The notes beneath the pieces are model-generated. The model did no database searches. It worked only from the letters and a program-made list of their open reading frames with translations, and was not told where the DNA came from. The position numbers were made by a program, and so were the translations under genes. A stretch of DNA of 62,808 bases, the filler included. It is 9 parts of 9 records of this genome, joined end to end, with 100 filler letters (N's around TTAATTAATTAA, not from the genome) between each part and the next. Parts side by side here need not be neighbours in the genome. Positions count along the whole stretch, not along the records: positions 14,214 to 27,850 come from SRR7504441_2138; positions 27,951 to 31,727 come from SRR7504441_2140; positions 31,828 to 35,771 come from SRR7504441_2141; 6 more parts are not named here. One strand, given 5' to 3'. Positions 22,165 through 33,316 of this stretch are shown here, piece by piece; positions within the stretch are counted from its first letter, which is position 1; each line of letters begins with the position of its first letter.

Positions 22165-25100
22165 TTACGTCTCAACACGCCACAGAAGCAGATCCCCGTA
22201 GCTAGATGACACTATCTGCTCTCCGCCTTTGTCAAACCTGCAGCAAAGCACTCTCAGTATCGTTGATTGCTGAGTGGGCGCACTTGACACTAGTCACTTC
22301 CCCGGCGTGCCCGACAAAGTCTTGGAACACACCCCCGTGATAGTCCACCAGCTTGACCAACCGATCCGGAGTTCCAACCGCCATCTGCAATCCGGTCAGC
22401 TCGGAGCTGCCTCATATGCACACCAGGCTGCCGTCGGGCGACACATCGATGGAGCACACCAAGTGCTCCACTCTAATGCTCCGGAGCACTTTCCGGCTCA
22501 CAAAGTCGTAGACCACCACCGAGTCGCCGCTCGCTATCCCCGCACACACCAGGACCTGCCACAAAATCTCAACCGCCATACGGAGCTGCGGGCTACCGAT
22601 GGCTCTGTGGGGACAAATGCAGCCACCAGCCCGTGGTCGTGCCGCATGCAACGCGAGCTGCCCAGCCATTCAGACCCGAGCCGCGGCCGAGACCACCTGT
22701 GGCTCTGGGCTACTGGGTAGATGTCCTCCATAGAGAACCAGTCCACCACTTGCGCCTCGTCTTGCCCAGTTGACCATACTGATAGGCACTGGTCTTTAGA
22801 GCACGCGAGCCACCTGAACCGGCTCTACCAACGACAGGCGGGGGCATACCTCGTGCAGTCGGCAGAGGCTCGGATATTGCTGATGGGAGAGCCTCGGTGT
22901 TGCAGAAGGTCTTCGATGCTCATCCGTACAGTGGTGGCACACTCGGAGAGCCAGCTGAAGACGAGTCTGCCTTCGGAGGAGCCAGTGAGCACCAGGAAGC
23001 CTCCAGCACACGCCGAGGCGTGGAGTGCCGTGACTCCACCCTCGGGGTGGACAGAGTGCTCCAGCAACTGCTCACCAGACACATTCAGACGGAACACCCG
23101 GAGTGAGCCGTCGTCAAAGCCTGCCATGACCAGGTCCTTGACTAACGAAAGGCAGTTGCAGCAGCAGCGCAGCGGCTGGTGGATTTGGACCACCTCGTCG
23201 TGCTCGCCACCGGCCTCACAGATCCGCAGGTTGCCGTCCTCGCCGGCTGAGGCGATGTGGTTTTCATCCATGGCGACGCAGGTCACTAGTGAGGGGTGCC
23301 CCGCTCTGAGCTGCACTGCAGCCTCCACATTCCAATCGACAAACCAGAGACTAGAGGCCTTGGTCGTCACCACTCCACTGTGCGCTCCCTTGTCGAAAGA
23401 CATGGCAGAGACAAAGCCGTCTGGCAAGTTGATTTGATTCACCATGAGCGCTTCGTCTTCTGGGATCGGCAGGCGCCACCTCCGCAGCTGAGAACTAGCA
23501 TTGGCGACCACCAGATACTGGTCATTGCACCAGAGAGCTTCGATGGCCTCAGTGGCGGCAACAAAGCACCTCAGAGCAGTGGCCTCGGCGACATCCCAGC
23601 AAGAGATAATCCCGTTCTCGGAGCCAACATACATCCAGACTGGCACTGTCGCATCCGCACCCATCGCCCCGAGCTCAACACAGGTCAGTTTGCTGCCTTG
23701 TTGGGCCTCAGGCAGGTCGCCGCTGGTCGAGCTAGCGTCCCATCCCTCTTGCACTGTGGGAGATGTTTCCCAGAAGTTGATATGCTCCGGGCCACATGCA
23801 ATGAAGCAGTTTTGGGATCCAGGCTGCCACCGGATTGTGTGGCTGAATTGAGGACAGTTTGTTCCCTCAAACACGAGGTCTGCATTCTCTGTGCTCCACA
23901 GGTACAGCGCAGGGCTTGGATACTGATCAGCCGCTGCACAGAGCGACCCATCTGGGGACAGCGCCACCGACTGCACACCTCTCATGTTGGCCTTTTGAGA
24001 CTTGGCAAACAGCGCGCACTTGAGAGAGATGCTGCTGGTGTCCCAGATCATGACCAGTGGATCCTCTGCAGGACTAATGCGCGAGCATGCTCCGGTGGCG
24101 AGCCACAGGCCATCAGCAGATAGGCCCAGGCACGAAATGCTCGAGTGCAGCGCATGCTCACAGAGCAGCTGCTGAACTGGCTTGGTGCCCTTTGTTTGCT
24201 CAAAACACAGAATTGGGCCAATCGTGTAGATGAGTGAGTTTGCATCGAGAGCCACGTGATCGTGTGCAGTAGCGTCGATGCCAAACACATTCTCCAGAAC
24301 CATGCCTGCTTCGCCCGGTGGTGCCAGGAATCGGCAGTGCGATGGCATAGAATTAGTCTCCGCCGGCACCACATAATTTCCGGGCAGGGCTTCGCCTTGC
24401 GCCAGTGCATTCGACCACATCGCAGAGGGCGAGGAGCTGGTCTCTGAGATCATGTCTTGGGCAGCAACTAGACCCTGTGTCTGTGTGCCACAAGAGGGAG
24501 ACAGCATCGCCTCAGGCGATGGCTGGAGGTCGACAGGCTCACCCAGCCGCGCCTCCATTGCACGCACGTGGGCCAGCTGGGCCAGCACAGCTGCCTCTGG
24601 GCTGTCACCATCACTTGCTGAGGACATGAATGACATGGGCGAAGCGACTGCGGCAGCCGACAGCTTTGGCAGCTCCAGCCGCTGTGCTTCAGATAGCTTT
24701 GACAACTCATCCTCCAGCTCGCAATCTGGAGCCTCAGGTTCGGCGACAGGCTGCTGTGCTGCCACACTGGCAGCTTCTACTTCATCCAGGTGTGCCTCAG
24801 CCTCCAGGGCTGCCTCTTGAACAGACAGGAGTGGCTCGGCATCCAGCTTGTCAAACAGGCCAGCCGGCAACAAGGCCGCTTCACCGCTGAATCTCCAGAA
24901 GTAAACACCATTTCCTTCACTGATCGAAGCCAGCCGCCTGCCTTCATCAAAGAATGAGACCTGGCTGATCGCTCCGGAATGGCCAATGAAAACTTGCGAT
25001 GGCAGAACAGCGGGCCACGACTCGGCTGAGATGTCAACCACTGTCATCACCTGAGACTTTCCGCTGAGAATGGCGTATTTCCCATTTGGCGAGACCGTGA

Positions 25101-27728
25101 GAGCTCCCTCCTCACCGGATCCGAATCCTGAGCTCTGGTTCTCAAGTTTGCCTGTGAGGAGGTGGTAGCTCAGCAGCCGGCCATTGCTTGAGGTGGCGAG
25201 CAGCCGCTGCGAGTCTGCACTGACGCACAGGTGGGTGAACCGCTCATCTGATCCTTCCGCGAGCTCTAGTTTAAGACGCTCTTCGAGCGAGTCAGCTTCA
25301 AACACCACAGCACTAGCGTTCGGAGGTACCAGCGCGACCAGCCATGAGCCGTCGGGGCTCATCACCAAGGACATAGAGTCGGTTGGCATGCTGCCCTGGA
25401 GCACTCGGATCGCCTGATACCCCTTGGCGGCATCGTACACAAAGATGTTGCCGTCTGAGCCTGCTGTAAACAAGCGCTTGCCATCTGGCGAGTAGAGAAC
25501 GTGGGTCACTGCCCCTGCGTGCTGCATAAATTCGTGCAACCTGCATGTCTCTCGGATATCGAAAACCCTCAGGCAGCCGTTGTGGAACCCGCAGCTGATC
25601 ACGTTGAGAGTGGGATGGTAGGCCACGCAAGTGGCATGCTCACCGTGAGCATCAAACTGGTACAGCTGCTCGTATGAGTCTAGATCCCAAACCCTAATAG
25701 ACCCGTCCTTCGAGGTGGTGCTGATCTCGCGGGTTGCCGGGTTAACGGCAAAGCTGAGCACGGTGTCGGTGTGCGAGCGCATCAGGGTGGTGTGCTCTGT
25801 GGTGGCCAGATCGAGCACCCCAATCGATCCAGAATCTGACCCGATCGCAACTCGGTATCCGTCGGGTGAGATGTCCACCGATGAGATCGGGCCCACGTGG
25901 GCGGCCTCGAGCATAGTGTACGAGAAGTCCAGCGGCCAGACGTGCACCTTCCGGTCAGCGGAACCCGTGACAACGTGGCCGGCGTCCATCACCATCGAGG
26001 TGATTGCGTGCCCAGGGTGCAGTTCATGCACTGTCTCTAGCTCTCTAGACGCGTACTGGAACTGGTGCACCCGCCCGTCGGAAGTGGCCGCGAAGAACCG
26101 GCGGCTGAGTAGATCAGGGGTGGTGTAGGCTGCTTCAAATCCGAGAGCCGTGAACTGAGGCAATTGCTGTGTCGACTCTGTCATCTTGACCGAAGTGCCG
26201 CAAAGCCTCTTCGATTCGAGCTGTTGGTGCCGCCTCCAGAACCGGATGTTGCCCTGGCCGCAGGTCACAACCCTCTCCCGCTCAACTGGCGAGAAATACG
26301 CCCGAGTGATCGAAGTCTCTGTAGTCTGTTTCCCGATCAGGCATGCGCCCGTGAAATCCTTAGCCTCGTCAGACTTGGCCTGCACAAGGTCAGCAATGTC
26401 CCAGAGCAGAATGAGCGTCTTGCCCCGCTCGTCTTTGCCCACGGCGCACACTTGGTGGCCCTCGTGTGAAATGGCGAGCGCACAAATGTCGCGATGGTGG
26501 CCCATTAATATAGCCACACACCGGCCTGTCGGTACTGCCCACACAAACACAGTCGGCGCCGGGCCGGATTGTGCCGAGGCCAGGTAGGTCCTATCGCCGG
26601 AGAATGCGAGCTCGCAGATCGGCTGCGTGTGTCCGTGAAGGAATTTCTGGGTCATGGCCTCACTCTTCTGGATCACGATCGAAGAGCCCGCTGCATACAC
26701 AGCTGCGGTCGAGTCCGAAGACCAGAGCACGTGGTTGCGCATCTGGTTGGACAGGCACAGCGTGTGGTCCAGCTCGAGCACCGGGTCCGGCAGGATCGGA
26801 TCGGCTGCGACAGCCAATGCGCGCTGCTGCACCACCTTAGGCCTCCGGCTCGGCTGCGGCTTGGCAGGATGGAGCGGCGGGCCCCGGGCCGACTTGGGCT
26901 GGCTGGCCGGCGGGTTTGGGTCCATGTTCTCCAGGTCGACAGCACCGGACTTATTGGCGATCGGGACCATTTGGGCTTCCCGTAAAGGGAACCACTGCCA
27001 TTCGTAGCTGTCACTCCAGTCATGCTCCGGATACACCGGGAACGCCATGTCGCGCGGCAGCGTGTCCGGGCTGTACACGTTGTCTGAGGTGAACGCGTTC
27101 CTTACCCACATGTTGGCACAGAACTGGAGCCCGCGCACGCAATTGAACCGATTCCCCGCCCGAGAGAACGAGAGGCCCATGTGGGCCTGGAGCGCCGCCT
27201 GGATGTCGATGGCCAGCACGGTCCACTTGGCGGTGGTCACCAGCGCCGGCAGGTGCAGCGTCCAGCCCTGCACTTTGGCCTCTTTGAATAGATTGCTCAT
27301 CGTGAGCCGCACCGCAAACATCTCAGAGGTCAGCACCTGCCGCCGGTCAGCCGCTGCCGCCCAGGGCAGGCCCACGTCCACGTGCAGCGCGAAGTACTTG
27401 CCGGGGGTCACTCGCAGCTGTACGTACAGCAGCCCGCCTGTCGACAGGGTCGGCCGGGCCCAGCTCGGGGGCCGGACCGGTCAGCCCGAGGTTGCCGCCC
27501 TTCTCGGCCGGGACGGTGATGCAGTTGGCGCTCGGGACGCTCCCGCTGATCCTGTACGCCACCTTTTTCAGGATCTTGTCCTGCCGCCCGCCGGTGAGCC
27601 GCGGGAAGCGGGCCGGGTCGGGTCACGATGCTGGGGGAGACGTCGCCCTCCGAGAGCTGGGACAGGGACTTGTCGAGGCCCACGTGCTTGAACACGTTGA
27701 CGAATGGGCCCTGCGACACCCGGTCCAT
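22165..27728 (-). CDS. WDR90: WDR90/POC16 centriolar protein (CFA20/DUF667 N-terminal domain + WD40 repeats)
   Basis: Spliced N-terminus QGPFVNVFKH...AYRISGSVPSANCITVP...LGLTG|GLLYVQLR..FALHVD, SNLFKE, LPRDMAFPV, many WD40 repeats, C-terminal FQDFVGH...LLLWRVET*. Alternative ATG at 27812. Confidence 0.9.
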
Positions 27729-27819
27729 CGCCGACCGGTTCGCCGACCGGCTAGTCCCGGCCCTGGCTGGCTGGGGCACAGCCCGACGAGCTCTGCCCGT
27801 CGCAGTCGCCATACTAGGC

Positions 27820-27842
27820 TCAATACACACTTTGCCACATAG
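27820..27842. repeat. 23-bp motif TCAATACACACTTTGCCACATAG at contig end (copy 1)
   Basis: Identical to 35742..35764; both lie 7-8 nt before an assembly gap. Confidence 0.85.
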
Positions 27843-27850
27843 CCCAACGG

Positions 27851-27950
27851 NNNNNNNNNNNNNNNNNNNNNNNNNNNNNNNNNNNNNNNNNNNNTTAATT
27901 AATTAANNNNNNNNNNNNNNNNNNNNNNNNNNNNNNNNNNNNNNNNNNNN
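27851..27950. other. Artificial contig-joining spacer
   Basis: N44-TTAATTAATTAA-N44. Confidence 0.98.
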
Positions 27951-29021
27951 GACATGAGTGACTTCCTCTTGCACGAGGCGATGGCTCAGCTGCAGCTAGC
28001 GCTGCTGGGACTCGACGAGGAATTCATGGAGGCGACCAACAGGGCGGCCCGGATGACTTTCATGCAGCATCCGGAGGCACCTGTGGGCAAGCTGAGCGAA
28101 GCGATGGCAGCCGTGATGAAGCACGCTAGGGCCGACAAATCTCTCCGGTTGCCCAGTGACCCGGGCGGCTGCCCTGTTCGAGGGCCGCTGGCACGAGCGC
28201 TGCAGCGCTCCAATTTCGGGAATGCCACCGACTATGGGAACGCGCTGCTGATCCTATTTGCGGGGCACGACACCACCGGCCACGCGATGACCTGGCTGCT
28301 GTTCGAGTTGGCAAGACATCCGGAGCATCAGGCCGAGCTCCAGCGAGAGGTGGACTCCTTCTTTGAGCGGTTGGCCGGCGCCGACCCAGTATACTCCGAG
28401 CTGGCCCGACTGAGCTTCCTGGACCGATGTGTGACTGAGACTCTCCGACTGTGGAATTCAGTTCCTAATGGTACGTTTAGACAGCTTCAATTCGACGACC
28501 ATGTGCCTCTAATCCTTTCGAGCGCGGCTCACCCGGGGCAGGTGCGGGGCGACAACGGGCAGCCGGTGCGGATTCCGAAAGGCACGCTGGTCAACGTGGT
28601 CACTTGGAGCCGGCACCGCAACCCAGCGCTCTGGGGGCCGACCGTTGACCTGTTCAACCCGCATCGCGAGTTTGAAGACCGAGAGCTCTCACATGTCGGC
28701 TGCCCGGCCGCTGGAATCAACCCCGAATCGGCCCGGTTCTCGCCGTTTGTGCACTCGCCGCGTAGCTGTCTCGGTAGGAACTTTGCGATGATGGAGATGC
28801 GGCTGATCATTGCGTACCTGGTGCGCCAGTACAAGTTCTCGCTGGCGCCGCCGTATGACCAGCTGCAGCATGTGCCCACCAGCTCGACAGTGCCGGCCCC
28901 AGCCGCATTCCGAGGTGTGAATCTAGGCACAATGGGCCCGATGGATCTGGAGGGGGCGCCTGGAGCTCCCTGGGGCAAGTGGTTCACAACAGGCCTCAAG
29001 TTGAAGGTCGACCAAAGGTGA
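27951..29021 (+). CDS. Cytochrome P450 (5'-truncated)
   Basis: I-helix FAGHDTT, K-helix ETLR, heme motif PFVHSPRSCLG; probable in-frame 39-nt intron 28503..28541. Confidence 0.95.
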   Translation, partial: DMSDFLLHEAMAQLQLALLGLDEEFMEATNRAARMTFMQHPEAPVGKLSEAMAAVMKHARADKSLRLPSDPGGCPVRGPLARALQRSNFGNATDYGNALLILFAGHDTTGHAMTWLLFELARHPEHQAELQREVDSFFERLAGADPVYSELARLSFLDRCVTETLRLWNSVPNGTFRQLQFDDHVPLILSSAAHPGQVRGDNGQPVRIPKGTLVNVVTWSRHRNPALWGPTVDLFNPHREFEDRELSHVGCPAAGINPESARFSPFVHSPRSCLGRNFAMMEMRLIIAYLVRQYKFSLAPPYDQLQHVPTSSTVPAPAAFRGVNLGTMGPMDLEGAPGAPWGKWFTTGLKLKVDQR

Positions 29022-29129
29022 CACGCTATTGATGAATAATTATTGTACTTTATAAATACATGACGTTGGTTTGTTAAATGTGCATTACATTGGTCTACAT
29101 AAATCATTGATCAAGCAGCGTCGTGTGGC

Positions 29130-30191
29130 CTAGTGTGGCCCGAATGGTGGGCACCCGGGGTAGCCAACAGGCATCCCGGCCGGTTTGGGCTGCCAGTATG
29201 GGCAAGCTTCTTGTGTCTGGATTGTTACTTGGTAGTTGCACTTGGTCGGCTGGGCCACGTCGGCAATCACTGGTTTGGTGGCGTTTGGATCACACATCAG
29301 AAGATACTCGGTTGAAATCTTTAGCCGATAGGTCGGATCGACACCGCCGTTATTAAACTTGATACTCACCCCACAACCGGTCATAAACACCCTGAAAGAG
29401 AAATTGCCAGAGCCATCCCACACAGCGTTGGTGCTGCACTGACCCGACTGTTCGATCTCGCCACTCACCGCTGAGGCCGGGAGTGGACTAAACCGGTTGG
29501 CGCAGCTGCACTCTGTTTCAGGCTGGCAGCACGGGGCCGGCTGCTCGAGGTTGCCACACACCGCCACCTGCCACCACTCGTACCCGTAGTCAGGATCAGT
29601 CCAGTTCAGCACGAGCCCCGCCAGGCTGCTGAACTCGAACCGCGGCCGCATCACCGAGCTGTTGAAGTCAGGACCCAGATACGGGTTAGCCAGCCCGCAT
29701 GCCGGCCCGGCAGCCGGCCCATCCTCGACGGCCAGGCAGCGAGTGGCGGCCTGGTCGCACCCAAACTGGAAGAGCGAGTGCCGCCGGGTGAGCGGGTCGA
29801 AATTCGGGAAGAAACGCTCGAACCGCTGACGGTGGTCGCCGGCCCTGCAGGTGCCGATCGCGAGCGGGCCGCCACATCCGGTGGCGTAGAGGCATCCGCC
29901 GGTGCCCCGGAAGGCGCGGAGGGTCTTGTCCGTTGTGTTGAACATCCACTGGGCTGAGGTCAGCTCCGGGGTGTCGGTCAGCTTGACGCCTGTCGGCCGG
30001 TCGGAAGAGCCGGTCGCCTGCACGGCCAGCCCGGTCGGCACGTGCTGGATCATCGCCATGTCCGTATACTCCCAGGTCTGGGCAGCCGCACCCGGCGAGC
30101 ACGTCTGAAGTCCGAGCGATGCGGCTGACGCAGCCGCCACAGCCAGCCAGAGCGCGCACAGACCGGCCTGTCTTCCCTGCTGTCTTCCCAT
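29130..30191 (-). CDS. Secreted protein: ricin-B/beta-trefoil-like lectin + mannose-6-phosphate-receptor-homology (MRH)-like domain
   Basis: Signal peptide; C...QTW, AQW, C...QRF repeats; C-terminal FEFSSL...VAVCGNL...LMCDP...CNYQVTIQTQEACP. Confidence 0.6.
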   Translation of the reverse strand: MGRQQGRQAGLCALWLAVAAASAASLGLQTCSPGAAAQTWEYTDMAMIQHVPTGLAVQATGSSDRPTGVKLTDTPELTSAQWMFNTTDKTLRAFRGTGGCLYATGCGGPLAIGTCRAGDHRQRFERFFPNFDPLTRRHSLFQFGCDQAATRCLAVEDGPAAGPACGLANPYLGPDFNSSVMRPRFEFSSLAGLVLNWTDPDYGYEWWQVAVCGNLEQPAPCCQPETECSCANRFSPLPASAVSGEIEQSGQCSTNAVWDGSGNFSFRVFMTGCGVSIKFNNGGVDPTYRLKISTEYLLMCDPNATKPVIADVAQPTKCNYQVTIQTQEACPYWQPKPAGMPVGYPGCPPFGPH

Positions 30192-30277
30192 TCCCGAGGC
30201 TGACCCGGGCACCCGGCGAAAATAACGGCAGCAGCTGCGCGGGCTGCCCCGATCGCGAGGTGTGTTCTGTCATCAGC

Positions 30278-31434
30278 ATGCCGACGGTCACAGTTCAGGT
30301 CCCATCGGCGCGTCACGGGGCGATCATCGGGCCGCGCGGGTCCACGATCCGCGGGCTGCAGGAGGCGCACGACTGCCGGATCAGCATCCCGCGGGACGGA
30401 TCCTCGGCGGTGCTGATCGAGGCGCCAGAGCAGCCCAACCTGGAGGCCGCCACCGCCGCGCTCTCCGAGATCGTGGGCTGGACACTGAGCGACGCCCCGC
30501 TGCAGCAGATGGGGCTCGGCGTGGACCCGTCAGAGTTCGGCCGAGTGATTGGGCCGCGGGGGAGCAAGCTGCGTGAGATCGAACAGAGCGCCGGCTGCCT
30601 GGTGCGTGTGCCGGGCAACCGCGATCGTGAGCTGGAGCACCTCACGCTGGAGGGCCCGCCAGACGGGTGCGCCAAGGGGAAGGAGATGGTGGAGGAGGCG
30701 ATCGGCCGGGCAGTCGCGGTGATCGGCGAGCAGACCGGGACCGACAGCCTGCTGGCCCCGGCACCTGTGATTGACCTAATGCGCTCTTCTTCGCTGATTC
30801 ACGAGGCACTCTTCTTTCCGGATACGGACCCAGAGAAGGAAAACTTCAGCCGGTTCTTGGACTACCTGCGCTCGGCCCGAGAGCAGATCAAGGTGTGCAT
30901 CTTCACGATAACCGACCCCGCGATCGCGACCGTTCTAGTCAAGCTCCATGAGTCGGGCATCCAGGTAACTGCAAATCCGGCGGGCTGACGGGGCTGGGGC
31001 AGTGCTCGCTGATCACGGAGGACTCGACAGTGCACAACTCGGGCAGTCAGGTGGAGAGGCTGCTGGAGGCAGGGCTCCAAATAAGGGTGGACAACAGCCC
31101 ATACCTGATGCACCACAAGTTTGCCACTCTGGACGGGGCCTGTCTGCTCACCGGCAGCTTCAACTGGACACAGTGACCGCCCGGCCGGGGCTGGCGAGTC
31201 TGGGGGTGCAGCGAGGCTGCCAGCCATAATGCTGAAAACATCTTGTTTACCAACAATCCGGAGTTTGTCAAGCAGGTGCGTCGCCCGGCCCGGGCCGGCT
31301 GAGGCGGGGCCCAGTTTGAGATCGAGTTTGATAAGTTGTGGCAACAGTTTGAGCCGCTGACTGCCGAGGGCCACGAGGCACTGAGGACGCAGGATTTTAG
31401 TCAGGCGCACGACCGAGCCAGGAACGCGCACTAA
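30278..31434 (+). CDS. Tandem KH domains fused to Zucchini/PLD6 (Nuc-type) phospholipase-D nuclease domain
   Basis: KH loops IIGPRGSTIR and VIGPRGSKLR; EALFFP; after introns 30965..31002, 31173..31211 and 31276..31314: MHHKFATLDGACLLTGSFNWT..NAENILF..FEIEFDKLWQQF. Confidence 0.9.
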
Positions 31435-31727
31435 TTGGCCCATGGTTTCCTTGTCTGGGTTAACTTTAACATTGAAGACGCGATGCACAAGTACATAATT
31501 AATTATCCGATAACCGGCTTACATCCAATGCTTAATACGTAGTGCTCACAATGCACTGCATGCATATACCGCATGCAGTGGGTCCATTTGAGTGCTCGAA
31601 ATTCCCGTTGCGGGGGACCGTTGTGGAAAGCTCATTCAGCTGAAGAGATGGCGCTCGCCAGCAGTGGATCGCTCATGGGCTCGGATGGGATCCTTTCCAA
31701 GGCCCTGGCCGAGTTCTTCGCCATGAT

Positions 31728-31827
31728 NNNNNNNNNNNNNNNNNNNNNNNNNNNNNNNNNNNNNNNNNNNNTTAATTAATTAANNNNNNNNNNNNNNNNN
31801 NNNNNNNNNNNNNNNNNNNNNNNNNNN
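31728..31827. other. Artificial contig-joining spacer
   Basis: N44-TTAATTAATTAA-N44. Confidence 0.98.
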
Positions 31828-31964
31828 GCATCCACCAGCGGCTCCTGCAGGTCCGGGGCGCAAGTCCAGGAGCTCACCCGCGGCGCGTCCCAGACCTCGT
31901 TGGTGCCCGACATTTTCCCGCTATCCACCTTCGATCCCAGGCTATCCCAACGGTCCGTTGCCAT
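31828..31964 (-). CDS. Possible N-terminal fragment of an unknown gene running into the gap
   Basis: ATG-initiated frame open to the contig end, preceded by an AT-rich patch. Confidence 0.3.
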
Positions 31965-32207
31965 ACTCCTAATGTTTTAGGATTTCAATATATACTCCTG
32001 CAACGGAGATGCGGCTTGCCCACTCTGGTACAGAGACTGCGGCCTGCCCTAGCGCTGCTGCTGACTACGGTCGGGCTGGCGGCCCTCGCGGCGGTCGGCT
32101 TCCCAGTGTCGGCACCCCATCCGGCCTCTAGCCGCATTTAATTAATACGAGTAACTATAGTCAGACCTTGGTTAATTAGTCTTGTGAGCACAATCATAGT
32201 CCCAACT

Positions 32208-33038
32208 TTAGGGTTTCGCCTCCTTCTCGGCCAAGTAAGCCTTCATCCCCGCCGGCGTCTTTCCACGCTGTCCACAGCACCACCCCCAGTCGGCAGCAGC
32301 CAAGGATGGCAGAGGAGCTCTCACCTTGTTCTTGGCGTTGGGATCAGCCCCAGCAGCCAAGAGCGCCGTGTAAATCTCATGGCGGGCGGGGTGCGCCGCT
32401 TTAAACAAAGGAGTCTCCCCGAGCTGTCCAACACGCCAGCGCTAATCAGTACCTGCCCGGGGGTGCGGGGGGCTATCACGTCGTCCAGAAGATTGATTCT
32501 ATCCGGATAGAAACTCAGCACCAGCAGCGCGTCGCCGACCGAGCCGAGAGCGTGGATGTTCACCTTGTCTGCCTGCGCCTTCTTTGCAACTGCCTCTTCC
32601 CAGCCGCTTCGCTCCACGCGAAACCGTGCCTTGTCCTTCAGCCCGGCCTCCCGGATCGTGCTGTTTGCGTTCAGCCGCGCGCCTTCGAACTCCATCTGGA
32701 ACAAGCCGTCGACGCACGCGGCCACGTGACCAAGCGCGATCCAGCTTGTCGGTGTGCGCGCGGGCAGCTTGGGCCGCTCGCCCAAGTTGAACCGCTGCGG
32801 GTTGTCTATTGGCGGCCACTCGATCTGCCCGCCGTGAGCAGCCCCCGACCGGCCTGCCCGCCTTGTCTGCTAGCATCTGCAGCGCCTCCCTCACTGTGCT
32901 AAGCTCGCGCACCTGCAGCCTGAGCTGCTGCGGCCAGGTGCACTGCAGCTCGACCGGTGCGGAGCCGGCCGCTTGCTCCTCTATGTTCCAGTCCTCCTGC
33001 TCGATGCCCGCCGGCTCGGTGCTTTCGGCGCAGCCCAT
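32208..33038 (-). CDS. Putatively N-acylated (MGC-) protein with ubiquitin-like domain and ankyrin repeat
   Basis: MGCAES start; STVREAL...MEFEGARLNANSTIREAGLKD (Ubl-like); spliced GETPLFKAA...LLAAGADPNAKNK|RGKTP (ankyrin). Confidence 0.6.
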
Positions 33039-33316
33039 GGATCTCGTAGAGGCCCGACGAGCAACCGTTCGGATGTGGCACTGCGGGAGCTCCGGGCCCG
33101 CTGGGGGCTACGCAAACCGCCGCGGAAACACACTGCCAACACGTCCACAACCGCACTGATCGAGTCGGCCTGCGCCACAAAAAAGTGACCCAACTGGCTG
33201 TCGGTTGGTAGATCTCTGGTACCGACGAAAACAGAAGCGGTGAGAATGAGTCTGACATCCGGACATCGAAATTAAATTAAGAATATATATACAGTACTGA
33301 TCCTAAATTTGTCTTA

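Noticed and set aside
30965-31314. Stop-codon reassignment or programmed frameshifting to explain broken conserved ORFs
   Set aside because: The breaks I traced are resolved by short GT/GC-AG introns, and TAA, TAG and TGA all serve as terminal stops.
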